A stretch of 49,006 nucleotides of DNA, from NCBI GenBank assembly GCA_963734495.1, contig CAVTHK010000017.1, positions 1-49,006 of the forward strand, written 5' to 3'. Positions 1 through 8,633 of this stretch are shown one piece after another. How positions within the stretch are numbered: the stretch's first letter is position 1; every line of letters begins with the position of its first letter. The notes under the pieces are model-generated. The model made no database searches. It saw only the letters and a list, made by a program, of their open reading frames with translations, and was not told where the DNA came from. This DNA is from an uncultured Spirochaetota bacterium (GTDB taxonomy: Bacteria > Spirochaetota > Spirochaetia > SZUA-6 > CAVTHK01). The position numbers and the translations under genes were made by a program.

Positions 1-616
1 GGTCGATGGCCGAGAGCGCGGCGAGGTACACGATGCTGGCCCAGCCCACGTGCTGCCAGATGTCCGAGGCGACGTAGATCGCGCGGAACCAGCGCGGCTC
101 CAGCAGGTAGTTGACCCGCTCGATCCCCGCCAGCGCGAGCAGGTTGTTGATGAGGCCGTCGCGGGCGAGAAAGTTCACCAGCATGCCCGAGATGACAATG
201 ATGGAGATGAAGTGGGGCATGTAGCTGATGGTCTGCACCGTCCGCTTGAACAGGCGCAAGCGCACCTCGTTGAGGAGCAGCGCCAGGATGATCGGGGCCG
301 GAAATCCGAACGTGAGGTTCAGCACGTTGATCAGCAGCGTGTTGCGGATCAGGCGCCAGAAGTAGATGTTGCGGAAGTAGTCGACGAAGTTCGCGAACCC
401 GACCCACCGGCTGCCGAAGATCCCCCGTCCGGGGGAGAAGTCCTTGAACGCGATCTGCGCCCCGTACAAGGGCCCGTAGTGGAACAGGATGTAGTAGGCT
501 ACCACGGGGACGAGCATCAGGTAGACGTAGCGGTTGACCGCCAGGTCGCGCCTGATGACGGTCCACTCGCTCACGCGCGGCGGGCGGCCCCCCGCGCCGG
601 ATCGGTCGACGGCCAT
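1..616 (-). CDS. Carbohydrate ABC transporter permease (LplB-like), runs off the window start
   Basis: Manual translation of the minus strand: MAVDRSG...NRYVYLM...IYVASDIWQHVGWASIVYLAALSAID, a typical CUT1 permease motif; GGAGG RBS upstream of the ATG at 616; follows a solute-binding protein gene. Confidence 0.88.
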   Translation of the reverse strand, partial: MAVDRSGAGGRPPRVSEWTVIRRDLAVNRYVYLMLVPVVAYYILFHYGPLYGAQIAFKDFSPGRGIFGSRWVGFANFVDYFRNIYFWRLIRNTLLINVLNLTFGFPAPIILALLLNEVRLRLFKRTVQTISYMPHFISIIVISGMLVNFLARDGLINNLLALAGIERVNYLLEPRWFRAIYVASDIWQHVGWASIVYLAALSAID

Positions 617-638
617 CCCCTGTCCCTCCGGAACGGAA

Positions 639-716
639 ACGGGGCCGCCGATTCGCAATCGGCCAGCCCCGTCGATTCGCACGCTGCGCGCGGCCCGCCC
701 GCCGTATTCGGCGGGC
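639..716 (-). other. Intercistronic stem-loops after the solute-binding protein gene
   Basis: ACGGGGC(639-645)/GCCCCGT(666-672) enclosing GCCGATT/AATCGGC; second hairpin GCCCGCCG-TATT-CGGCGGGC (697-716). No U-tract. Confidence 0.6.
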
Positions 717-2362
717 TACCTCTTGCCGTAGCGGTCGAGGGCCGCCTGCTGGATCGCGACCAGGTCATCGATCCCGATGGATTTGAGCTGCGCGATGTAG
801 GAGTCGAACTCGCTGATGGGTTTCTGGCCCATGATGAACTTGGTCGTGGCTTCGTGCGTGAGGGTCCAGACGTCGTTCATCTTCGAAGCGAACTTCGAGG
901 CTTCGGCCGACGTCAGGGTGATCGGCGGCATCTGGCGCGCCGGGCCCTGGTCCCCGTTCCACAGCAGGGACGCCTCGCGCTGCACCGGCATCGACCACAT
1001 CCGGTACTGCCGGACCACCGCGTCGAGGATCTGCGCCTCGCCCGAGGCTCCCTGTGTGTACTGACCGAGCGCGACGTCGATCGAGTAGCCCTTGGGGTTC
1101 TTCAGGACCTCGTCGGTGAGCACCGGAACGCCGTTCTGCATCGTGTAGCTGACCCCTTCGACCCCGAAGTTCATGAGCAGGTGCCCGCCCTGCTTCTGGT
1201 CGTAGTGGTAGTCGAGCCACTTGGTCGCCTCTCTCGCGTGCTTGGTCTTCGTGGAGATGGCGGCGCCCTGCCCGGTGGTGATGGTATCGAACTGGAAGTT
1301 CCAGCCCTTCTCGCCCTTTGCGAGCGACGGGGCCGCGATGGGTTTGACGTAGAAGTTCGACTTCGGGTCCTTCTTGTACGCGGCGATGTAGCGGCCCATG
1401 GTGTCGCCGAGGCCGCCGAACCAGCAGGCGGCCTCATTGTTGGCAACTTTGCTGTCGTACGAGGTGTTCGTGGTGGTGGTGGCGAAGTCCTTGTCGATGA
1501 GACCTTCCTTGTACCACTGCGCCATGCGGGTGAGGTAGTCCTTGTAGGCGGGCTCGTACGGCCCGAACTTGGCCTTCCCGCCGGTCTGGAACCAGCCGTA
1601 GTCCATGCCGTACGCGTACAGGAAGATGCGCGGACCGCGGAGGTGCCTGACCTCGTACAGAACGATGGGGACGGTCTTGCCGTTGCCGGCGGGGTCCTTC
1701 TCCTTGAAGGTCTTGAGGAAGGTGTACCACTCGTCGAGGGTCTGGGGCGCGGTCAGGCCGAACTTGTCCATCCAGTCTCCGCGCGCCTGCCACCCGTAGG
1801 GCGCCAGGATGCTCTGGTTGTAGCGGACGATCGGGAAGGAGTAGAGCGTCCCGTCGTCGGTCACGACCATCTTCTTGATCGACGTCTCCTTGTCGAGGAA
1901 GGCCTTGATGTTCGGCGCCCATCGGGCGACCAGCGGGTTCAGGGGCTGGATGACCTTGTCGTCGATCATCTTCTGCGGCCCGCCGGGCTGGGTGGCCCAG
2001 TTGCGGTACATCATGTCGGGGAGGTCGCCGGAGGAGACCATGAGGTTGAACTTCTCGTTGTCCTGGCCGGCTGCGGGATGGATGAACTCGACCTTGATGC
2101 CGGTCCTCTTCTCCATCTCCTTGTATCCCGCGATCTTGGCGTAGTTGTCCGTGTGGACGCCGATCTTGGGAAAGTCCATCGCGATGAAATAGGTGAGCGT
2201 GACGGGCTCCTTCGCGATCGGGAGCGTCAGGTCCTCGGGCTTCGCCGGCAGGGCGCCTGCGTCGGCGGGCTGCGCGGCAGGACCTTCGGTCGTTCCGCCG
2301 GCCCATGACGCGACGGCAAGGCCCGCGAGAGCGAGCAGTATAAGACCAATCCTGTTGGGCAT
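716..2362 (-). CDS. Extracellular solute-binding protein (family 1, LplA-like)
   Basis: Signal peptide, then EMEKRTGIKVEF, SSGDLPD, PQTLDEWYTFLKTFKEKDP, NFGVEGVSY motifs; AGGAGG 7 nt upstream of the ATG at 2362. Confidence 0.9.
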   Translation of the reverse strand: MPNRIGLILLALAGLAVASWAGGTTEGPAAQPADAGALPAKPEDLTLPIAKEPVTLTYFIAMDFPKIGVHTDNYAKIAGYKEMEKRTGIKVEFIHPAAGQDNEKFNLMVSSGDLPDMMYRNWATQPGGPQKMIDDKVIQPLNPLVARWAPNIKAFLDKETSIKKMVVTDDGTLYSFPIVRYNQSILAPYGWQARGDWMDKFGLTAPQTLDEWYTFLKTFKEKDPAGNGKTVPIVLYEVRHLRGPRIFLYAYGMDYGWFQTGGKAKFGPYEPAYKDYLTRMAQWYKEGLIDKDFATTTTNTSYDSKVANNEAACWFGGLGDTMGRYIAAYKKDPKSNFYVKPIAAPSLAKGEKGWNFQFDTITTGQGAAISTKTKHAREATKWLDYHYDQKQGGHLLMNFGVEGVSYTMQNGVPVLTDEVLKNPKGYSIDVALGQYTQGASGEAQILDAVVRQYRMWSMPVQREASLLWNGDQGPARQMPPITLTSAEASKFASKMNDVWTLTHEATTKFIMGQKPISEFDSYIAQLKSIGIDDLVAIQQAALDRYGKR

Positions 2363-2557
2363 GTGCATTCCTCCTTGGAATGCGGCGGATTATCCGTCGT
2401 AGCCGATCCGGCTGTCAACGGAAGTGCGCACCCCGGGCCTTCGGGCGCGCTTTCCGCGGGCATGCGCTTCCATAGCGCCGCGTGGGACGATCCGCCCGCG
2501 GTCCCGGCCAACCCCGGCGCGGCCCGGAACGACCCGCCTGCGCGGGTCTACGCCGCC

Positions 2558-2609
2558 CCGACACGCCCCGACACGGCACTTGAAATTCCGACACGAGAAG
2601 TCATACATT
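2558..2609 (+). promoter_or_regulatory. Putative sigma70 promoter of ppa with three phased CCGACACG direct repeats
   Basis: TTGAAA (2580-2585) - 18 nt - TACATT (2604-2609); CCGACACG at 2558, 2568 and 2588. Confidence 0.5.
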
Positions 2610-2638
2610 TGAACGTAGTCCCCAAGTAGAGGCACAGC

Positions 2639-3229
2639 ATGAACCCGTGGCACGACTTCCCGGTCGACAGGATCGCGGGGGATGATTTCTACGCGATCAT
2701 CGAGATCCCCAAGGGCAGCAAGAAGAAGTACGAGCTCGACAAGGAGACCGGCCTGCTGCGGCTCGACCGGATCCTGTTCACAGCCACGCACTATCCGATG
2801 AATTACGGGTTCGTGCCCCGCACGCTGGCCCAGGACGGCGACCCGCTGGACGTCCTCGTGCTGTGCTCGGAGACCCTGGATCCCCTCACCGAGGTGCAGT
2901 GCTTTCCAGTCGGGGTGGTCAAGATGATCGACAACGAGGAGATCGACGAGAAGATCATTGCCATCCCTTTCAAGGACCCCTGGTTCTCGGGATTCCGCGA
3001 CATCCACACGCTGCCTCGCCACATCGTCCAGGAGGTCTCGCACTTCTTCGAGGTGTACAAGGCGCTCGAGCACTCGAGCACGTCCGCCCAGCAGACCGGC
3101 TCTCGCGACGAAGCCGTGGAGATCGTCGAGCGCTCCATCCAGCGGTACCTCGACGCCCACGCGCCGGGGGAGCCCGAGGGGAGCCCGGTCGCCGAGAGCA
3201 ACGGCGGCCGGCCCAAGCGGAGCCGGTGA
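2639..3229 (+). CDS. ppa: Inorganic pyrophosphatase, family I
   Basis: EIPKGSKKKYE, YPMNYGFVPRT, DGDPLDV signature, HFFEVYKALE. Confidence 0.95.
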   Translation: MNPWHDFPVDRIAGDDFYAIIEIPKGSKKKYELDKETGLLRLDRILFTATHYPMNYGFVPRTLAQDGDPLDVLVLCSETLDPLTEVQCFPVGVVKMIDNEEIDEKIIAIPFKDPWFSGFRDIHTLPRHIVQEVSHFFEVYKALEHSSTSAQQTGSRDEAVEIVERSIQRYLDAHAPGEPEGSPVAESNGGRPKRSR

Positions 3230-3366
3230 TCCGCGCCGATGCCGGGTCCCGGTCCGGCCGCGCCGGCCGGGCTGTCCCGGCCGTCAGACGGGGGCGTCGG
3301 GGCCGCGGCGGAGCTTCGTGATCAGCCCCTCGCGGCGGTATCTTGAACCTGGGAAGGGAGCGTTGC

Positions 3367-3747
3367 ATGGCCCACGTCCTCGTCGTCGATGGCGACCTTC
3401 TGGTGCTCAGCATGGTCGGCGACGTCCTCGAAGGCTCGGAGCACACGGTTTCGAAGGCCAACTCATGGAACGAGGCCATCAAGCTCCTGCGGGGACCGGA
3501 CCGGTTCGATCTCCTGATCACCGAGGTGGAGATCGGTGACGCGACGGGCGTCAAGCTCATCCAGCAGGCGCGCAGCCGGCAGCCGGCCCTGCAGGTCGTT
3601 GCCATCTCAGAGCTGGACGGCGCCGAACCCACCGCGGCGCTGCGTCAGTCCCTGCGCAGGCTCGGCGTCGCTCACCTGCTGAGAAAGCCGCTGAGCACCC
3701 AGGTGCTGGAGGAAGCGATCAGCGAAGTCCTCGGGGACAGGCGGTAG
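3367..3747 (+). CDS. Single-domain response-regulator receiver, atypical (phosphoacceptor Asp replaced by Glu)
   Basis: VLVVDGD...FDLLITEV...VVAIS...LRKP receiver pattern; AGGGAG RBS before the ATG at 3367. Confidence 0.8.
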   Translation: MAHVLVVDGDLLVLSMVGDVLEGSEHTVSKANSWNEAIKLLRGPDRFDLLITEVEIGDATGVKLIQQARSRQPALQVVAISELDGAEPTAALRQSLRRLGVAHLLRKPLSTQVLEEAISEVLGDRR

Positions 3748-3811
3748 CCCCCGCCTCCTCCGCCATTGCATCCTCGCCGCCGGCCCTCCCGAGAGTCCGA
3801 AGCGGCCTGGC

Positions 3812-6298
3812 CTACAGCCTTCCTCCCGCGGCGAGGTTTCCCGTGCCTTTCCACAGAGCTACTTCGTCGCCCGCGCTGCGGCCGAGCAGCCCGACGCGCA
3901 GCGCGCGATACACCGCCTGTTTGAGCAGGTCCTTCAGCAGCAGCCACGCCGCGGCCCAGGCCCAGACGGCCGCGGCCCACCTCCACCCGAGGGGCGCCAT
4001 CAGCACGCCGTAGACCGCGATCAGGGTCGCGGCGGCCTGCGCGGCGATCACCGCGGCTGCGAGGGCCGCCGAGGGGCGGGTCCCCCAGAGGGGGCCCTCG
4101 GTCCTGGCGGCGAAGATCGTGAGCTGCCCGGCGACGGAGAGCTCGAGGTAGACGAGCGTGCGAACCGTATCCGGGCTCACGTGGTAGAGATGCCCGGCGA
4201 TGAAGACGAGGGCGAGGGTCGACACGACGCCCGCGAGCCCGAGCGCCGCCGCGACGCCGAGGATCACGTTGAGGTCACCTCTCTGGGGCCGAGGCGCCTC
4301 GGGCGCGCGGTCCCGCGCCGCGGCCAGCATCACCGCTTCGTTCAGCAGCGCGAGCAGCGCGAGCGCCGCCGCGCTCACCGGGTAGAAATCGAGGCACAGG
4401 ATCGCGAGCGCGACGAACAGGAGGATGCGGACGGTTTCGGCGACCCGGTAGAGCGTGTAGCCCTCGATGCGGCTGATGATGGCGCGCGCCTCCCTGACGG
4501 CGGCGACGATGGGCGAGAGGCCCGGCCTCGTCAGCACGACCCTGGAGGCGACGCGGGCCGCATCGCTCGCTCCCGCGACTGAGATCCCGACGTCGGCCCT
4601 CTTGATGGCAGGCGCATCCGTGACCGTTTCGCCCGTGACGCCGACCGTGTGTCCGCGGCGACGCAGGATGTCGACGATCCGCGTCTTGTGCTCGGGCAGT
4701 GCGGCCGCGACGCCGTCCGCGTGCTCGACGGCTTCCTCGACACCGTCGCCCTCCCGCCCCTCCGGGAGCATGGCCGCGGCATCGAGGATCCTGTCGCCCA
4801 TGCCGAGGCGGCGTGCAATCTCGCGCGCGATGGGCGGCGGATCGCCGCACACCATCCTGACCTGGACGCCCATCGACCGGGCGGCGGCCAGCGCCTCGCG
4901 CGCTTCCTCGCGGGGCGGCTCGATCACCGGAAGAACCCCCAGGAAGCGCCATCGTCCGCTCTCGTCCGTCCGGGCGACTCCCAGCGAGCGGTAGCCGCCG
5001 GCTGCGAAGCGCCGGACGGCCCGCTCGACTTCGGGCTCCAGCGCCGGCCCGTTCTCGGCGAGCGCGAGAACCGCGTGCGGCGCCCCCCTCGAGACGCGGA
5101 AAGCGCCTGCCCCTCCCGGCGCGGCGACCGTCGCTTCGAGGCGGTGCCGCTCGCGGTCGAATGGGAGCACGCGCAGGACGCGGACCTCGCGGCCCCCGCG
5201 GGCCGCCCCCGACCGCTCGAGGAGAGCCGCGTCCACCGGGTCCCGCGCCCCCTCGTCGCAGGCGAGGGCCGCGGCTTCGAGCACGTCCTCCTGCGTTGCG
5301 CCGCCGACGGGCAGCGGCTCGCCGAGGCCGGCGCGGTCCTCCGTGAGCGTTCCCTGCTTGTCCGCCCACAGGACGTCGATGCCCGCGAGGTCGTCCACCG
5401 CGCCCGGCCGGGTGAGCACCGCCCCCAGCCCGGCCAGCCTGCGCGCGCCCGCCGCCATCGTGGCGGACAGAATCCGCGGCAGCGTGATCGGGATGGCGAC
5501 GACGCTGAGGACGAGGGCCAGCCGGGTGACCGGGAGCATCGGCTCACCCCGGAAGAGGGCCGCCGCGAGGAGCACGATCACGACGAGCAGAGCCGCGGCG
5601 GCCAGCGCGTCGCCCGCCCTCACCGCGGCCTTCTGCAGCCGGCCGGTCGTGTCCGTCTCGCTCACCAGCATCGCGGGGCGGCCGGCGCGGCAGTCGGCGC
5701 CGGTCGCGAACACGACGGCTTCGGTCTCCCCCTGCCGCACCACCGAGCCCGCGTAGACGGTGCTTCCGCTCGCCGCGTCGACCGGCGAGGACTGGCCTGT
5801 CAGGGCTGCCTGCTCCAGGCTCAGCGGGTCTCCCTCGAGCAGCCGCGCATCCGCGGGGACGACGTCGCCGAGCCGCAGGCTCACCACGTCGCCGGGCACC
5901 AGCTCGCGCGCGGGCACGACGCGCCACTCCCCGTCCCGGAGGACACGCGCCCGGACCGACGCCTGCGAGTCGAGGAAGCGGAACGCCGCCGATACCTGCC
6001 GCTGCACCCACAGGGCGGCGGCCGCGTTCGCGGCGAGAAGAGCGGCGATGACCGCCAGCTCGGCCCACTGCGCGGAGACGGCGCAGAGCACGGCGGCCAG
6101 CTCGATCGTCCAGGGGAGCGGCCCCCAGAAGCAGGCGATCACCCTGCCCGCGGCGCCCGCGGGGCGTGAGACGACCTCGTTGGGCCCCTTGCGCCGCAGG
6201 CGCCTCGCGGCCTCGGCAGCGCTCAGTCCGTCGCGGCTGGTATCAAGCTGCTGCAGGAGCTGCCGCATCGGTATGGAGAGGATTCCGCGTTCGTTCAT
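3812..6298 (-). CDS. P-type ATPase of the plasma-membrane H+-ATPase (P3A) type with degenerate catalytic motifs
   Basis: GLSAAEA...GPN, FWGPLPW, LVPGDVV, GDVVPADARL, IPITLP, PEHK, YRVAETVR, FAART identify the family; motifs read DKQGT, TGQS, RGAP, EPPR, CGD, GETVTD, LLNE. Start chosen by the GAGGT RBS (alternative GTG at 6313). Confidence 0.85.
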   Translation of the reverse strand: MNERGILSIPMRQLLQQLDTSRDGLSAAEAARRLRRKGPNEVVSRPAGAAGRVIACFWGPLPWTIELAAVLCAVSAQWAELAVIAALLAANAAAALWVQRQVSAAFRFLDSQASVRARVLRDGEWRVVPARELVPGDVVSLRLGDVVPADARLLEGDPLSLEQAALTGQSSPVDAASGSTVYAGSVVRQGETEAVVFATGADCRAGRPAMLVSETDTTGRLQKAAVRAGDALAAAALLVVIVLLAAALFRGEPMLPVTRLALVLSVVAIPITLPRILSATMAAGARRLAGLGAVLTRPGAVDDLAGIDVLWADKQGTLTEDRAGLGEPLPVGGATQEDVLEAAALACDEGARDPVDAALLERSGAARGGREVRVLRVLPFDRERHRLEATVAAPGGAGAFRVSRGAPHAVLALAENGPALEPEVERAVRRFAAGGYRSLGVARTDESGRWRFLGVLPVIEPPREEAREALAAARSMGVQVRMVCGDPPPIAREIARRLGMGDRILDAAAMLPEGREGDGVEEAVEHADGVAAALPEHKTRIVDILRRRGHTVGVTGETVTDAPAIKRADVGISVAGASDAARVASRVVLTRPGLSPIVAAVREARAIISRIEGYTLYRVAETVRILLFVALAILCLDFYPVSAAALALLALLNEAVMLAAARDRAPEAPRPQRGDLNVILGVAAALGLAGVVSTLALVFIAGHLYHVSPDTVRTLVYLELSVAGQLTIFAARTEGPLWGTRPSAALAAAVIAAQAAATLIAVYGVLMAPLGWRWAAAVWAWAAAWLLLKDLLKQAVYRALRVGLLGRSAGDEVALWKGTGNLAAGGRL

Positions 6299-6390
6299 CA
6301 CAGCCGACCTCACTCGCGCTTCGAAGCCGCGCGGCGGCTCGGGCGGCGGCCCGCCGGCGTGATCGCCGGCCCCGCCGACCCTTTCGGTCG

Positions 6391-6433
6391 AGTGTAGGCA
6401 GGCGCGCTTTCGCGCGACTTACCGCAGGCTTAA
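6391..6433 (-). promoter_or_regulatory. Candidate OmpR-family direct-repeat box and -10 element upstream of the P-type ATPase
   Basis: Minus strand TTAAG-N6-GTAAG (6433-6418, 11-bp period), then TACACT (6396-6391). Confidence 0.4.
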
Positions 6434-6453
6434 CAGTTTGAAAGGCTGGGCGC

Positions 6454-7860
6454 TCAGAGCCGCTCGCGGGCCGCCGGGATGCCGGCCGGCAGCCGCACGA
6501 TGAACGTCGACCCCCGCCCGAGCGTGCTGCGCACGTCGACGGAGCCGCCGTGAGCGGCGACCACGGCCTTGACGAGGTTCAGCCCGAGGCCCAGGCCGGG
6601 CTCGACACGGCTGTGGCGGCCGCGGAACAGACGGTCCCAGATGCGGCCGATCTCGTCGGGCGCGATTCCGATGCCGGTGTCCTCGACTTCGATCACGATC
6701 TCCCCGTCCTCGGGACGGGCTCGGACCTCGATCGAGCCGCCGCCGCGGGGCGTGTATTTCACGGCATTGTCGAGAAGATTCGCCATCACCTGGCGGACCC
6801 GCGATGCGTCGACGACCGCCGGAAGAGTCGGGGGCATGATCACGCGGATGGCGATGCCCTTTTCGTCCGCGACGTACCCGTACAGCTCCGCCAGGTCGGC
6901 GATGATCGGCGCCAGGTCCTGCTCCTTCGACTCGAGGCGCATCGCCCCGGTCTCGGCCTCGGAGATGTCCATGAGCTTGCGGATAAAGGCCAGGAGCTCC
7001 CCGCTCTGCTCGATGCACTCGGCCAGGCCGAGGCGCCACCGCTGAGGCTCCTGCGGCTCCTGCAGCGCGACTTCGGCTGCGGCCCGCAGGCGCGTGAGCG
7101 GCGTGCGCAGGTCGTGCGCCACGTTGTCCAGCGCGCCGCGCATGCCCCTGACGAGCGACTCGATCTTCTCGAGCATCGTATTGAAGAGCCCGACGAGCTG
7201 GCCGAGCTCGTCGTTCACGCGCGGGGCGGGGATCCTGGCCTCCAGGCTCCCCGTCTCGATGATCCGGCGTGTGGTCTGGATGAGGCGCCGCACCGGGCTC
7301 AGGGCCCCCATGGCGAAGTAGAGGCCGCCGGCGAAGCTCACGATCAGGGTGGGGACGCTGACCATCAGGAACGCCCTGCGGAACCGCAGGACAATCCTGT
7401 CCCGGACCGCCGCGTCGACCGCGACCTGGAGGACGGTGCCGTCGTCGAGCACCCGCGTGGCGACCAGCAGCCCGCCGTTTCCGCGCGGGAGCGCGAGCCT
7501 GCGGAACGGCGTCGTATCCGGCGTGGCGTCGTGCTCGAGGGCGGCCTGCGCGGGGCTGCGCCAGAGATCGGAGGCGAGCACGGAGAGCGTGCGGTTGCCC
7601 GCGTCGGCGAACCGCACAAAGAAGTGCCAGTCGCCGACGAGGTCGGTCTCCGTGGAGATCCCGCTCCTCACCAACTCGATGCCGCCGGTCTTGTACAGCG
7701 CCTCGACTTCGAGCAGCCGCGCCTGCAGGGTGTCGCTCTCCTCCCGGGCGACCGAGGCGTCCAGGATCAGGTAGGTCGCGGCGAAGAGGGCCAGCGTTCC
7801 CGCCACGAAGATGGCGGAGAAGAACGCCGTCACGCGGAGGTCAAGGGACCTTGAGCGCAT
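6454..7860 (-). CDS. Sensor histidine kinase (HAMP-HisKA-HATPase, CusS/QseC-like)
   Basis: Two TM segments, HAMP (DELGQL..LFNTML), H-box AHDLRTPL, N-box NLLDNAVKY, G-boxes DTGIGI and GLGLGL. Confidence 0.92.
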   Translation of the reverse strand: MRSRSLDLRVTAFFSAIFVAGTLALFAATYLILDASVAREESDTLQARLLEVEALYKTGGIELVRSGISTETDLVGDWHFFVRFADAGNRTLSVLASDLWRSPAQAALEHDATPDTTPFRRLALPRGNGGLLVATRVLDDGTVLQVAVDAAVRDRIVLRFRRAFLMVSVPTLIVSFAGGLYFAMGALSPVRRLIQTTRRIIETGSLEARIPAPRVNDELGQLVGLFNTMLEKIESLVRGMRGALDNVAHDLRTPLTRLRAAAEVALQEPQEPQRWRLGLAECIEQSGELLAFIRKLMDISEAETGAMRLESKEQDLAPIIADLAELYGYVADEKGIAIRVIMPPTLPAVVDASRVRQVMANLLDNAVKYTPRGGGSIEVRARPEDGEIVIEVEDTGIGIAPDEIGRIWDRLFRGRHSRVEPGLGLGLNLVKAVVAAHGGSVDVRSTLGRGSTFIVRLPAGIPAARERL

Positions 7861-8515
7861 ATCCGACACCGCGCACCGTCTGCAGGAGCTTCGGCTCGAA
7901 GTCCTGGTCGACCTTGCGCCGCAGCCGATGGATCAGCACGTCCACGACGCCGCTCTGCGGGTCGAAGTGGTAGTCCCACACGTGCTCGAGGATCATCGTC
8001 TTGGAGACGACGTGCGGCGAGGCGCGCATCAGGTATTCGAGGAGGGCGAACTCCTTGGGCTGGAGGTCGAGGCCGCGCCCCGCGCGCTTGACTTCGCGCG
8101 TGAGCAGGTCCATCGAGAGGTCGCCCACGTCGAGCCGCATCGCCGCGGGCGCGCGGCCGGCCCTGCGCATCAGGGCCTCGAGGCGCACGAGCAGCTCGGA
8201 GAACGAGAAGGGCTTGGTCAGGTAGTCGTCGCCGCCGGAGCGGAAGCCGCGGACCTTGTCGTCGACGGACTGCAGCGCGCTCAGGATGAGCACGGGAGTG
8301 GAGTTGCCGCGGCCGCGCAGCTGCCCGATCATGGCGATGCCGTCCATCCCGGGGAGCAGGATGTCCACGATCATCGCGTCGTACGCGTTCACGCGCGCCA
8401 TCGACAGCCCGTCCTCGCCGTTGTCGACCGGGTCGACGGCGAACCCCGCCCGCCGCAGACCCTCCCCCACGAAGCTGGCGATCTTCTTGTCGTCCTCGAC
8501 CAGGAGCACCCGCAT
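7841..8515 (-). CDS. OmpR/PhoB-family response regulator (CusR-like)
   Basis: LLVEDD, IVDILLPGMDG with intact Asp, DYLTKPF, winged-helix C-terminus LQTVRGVGY. Confidence 0.95.
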   Translation of the reverse strand: MRVLLVEDDKKIASFVGEGLRRAGFAVDPVDNGEDGLSMARVNAYDAMIVDILLPGMDGIAMIGQLRGRGNSTPVLILSALQSVDDKVRGFRSGGDDYLTKPFSFSELLVRLEALMRRAGRAPAAMRLDVGDLSMDLLTREVKRAGRGLDLQPKEFALLEYLMRASPHVVSKTMILEHVWDYHFDPQSGVVDVLIHRLRRKVDQDFEPKLLQTVRGVGYALKVP

Positions 8516-8559
8516 CCCCGCGGTCCTCCGTCACCGGGGCGCCGTCCGCAGCGCCCGCC

Positions 8560-8577
8560 CGGCTTAAGCTTAAGCCG
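8560..8577. promoter_or_regulatory. Perfect 18-bp palindrome upstream of the response regulator (candidate operator)
   Basis: CGGCTTAAGCTTAAGCCG is its own reverse complement; AT-rich core in a GC-rich context, about 45 nt upstream of the regulator start. Confidence 0.5.
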
Positions 8578-8633
8578 TCGCGAGATGCGCGGGCAACCCC
8601 GGGCGCTCCTGTCGCGGCGCGGTACGCTCCTCC

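Noticed and set aside
50-2308. Long ORFs antisense to or overlapping real genes (50..2308, 10988..13765, 26976..30041, 36781..40389 and others)
   Set aside because: Shadow ORFs caused by high GC3 and few stop codons; no recognisable motifs, and they lie opposite well-supported genes.
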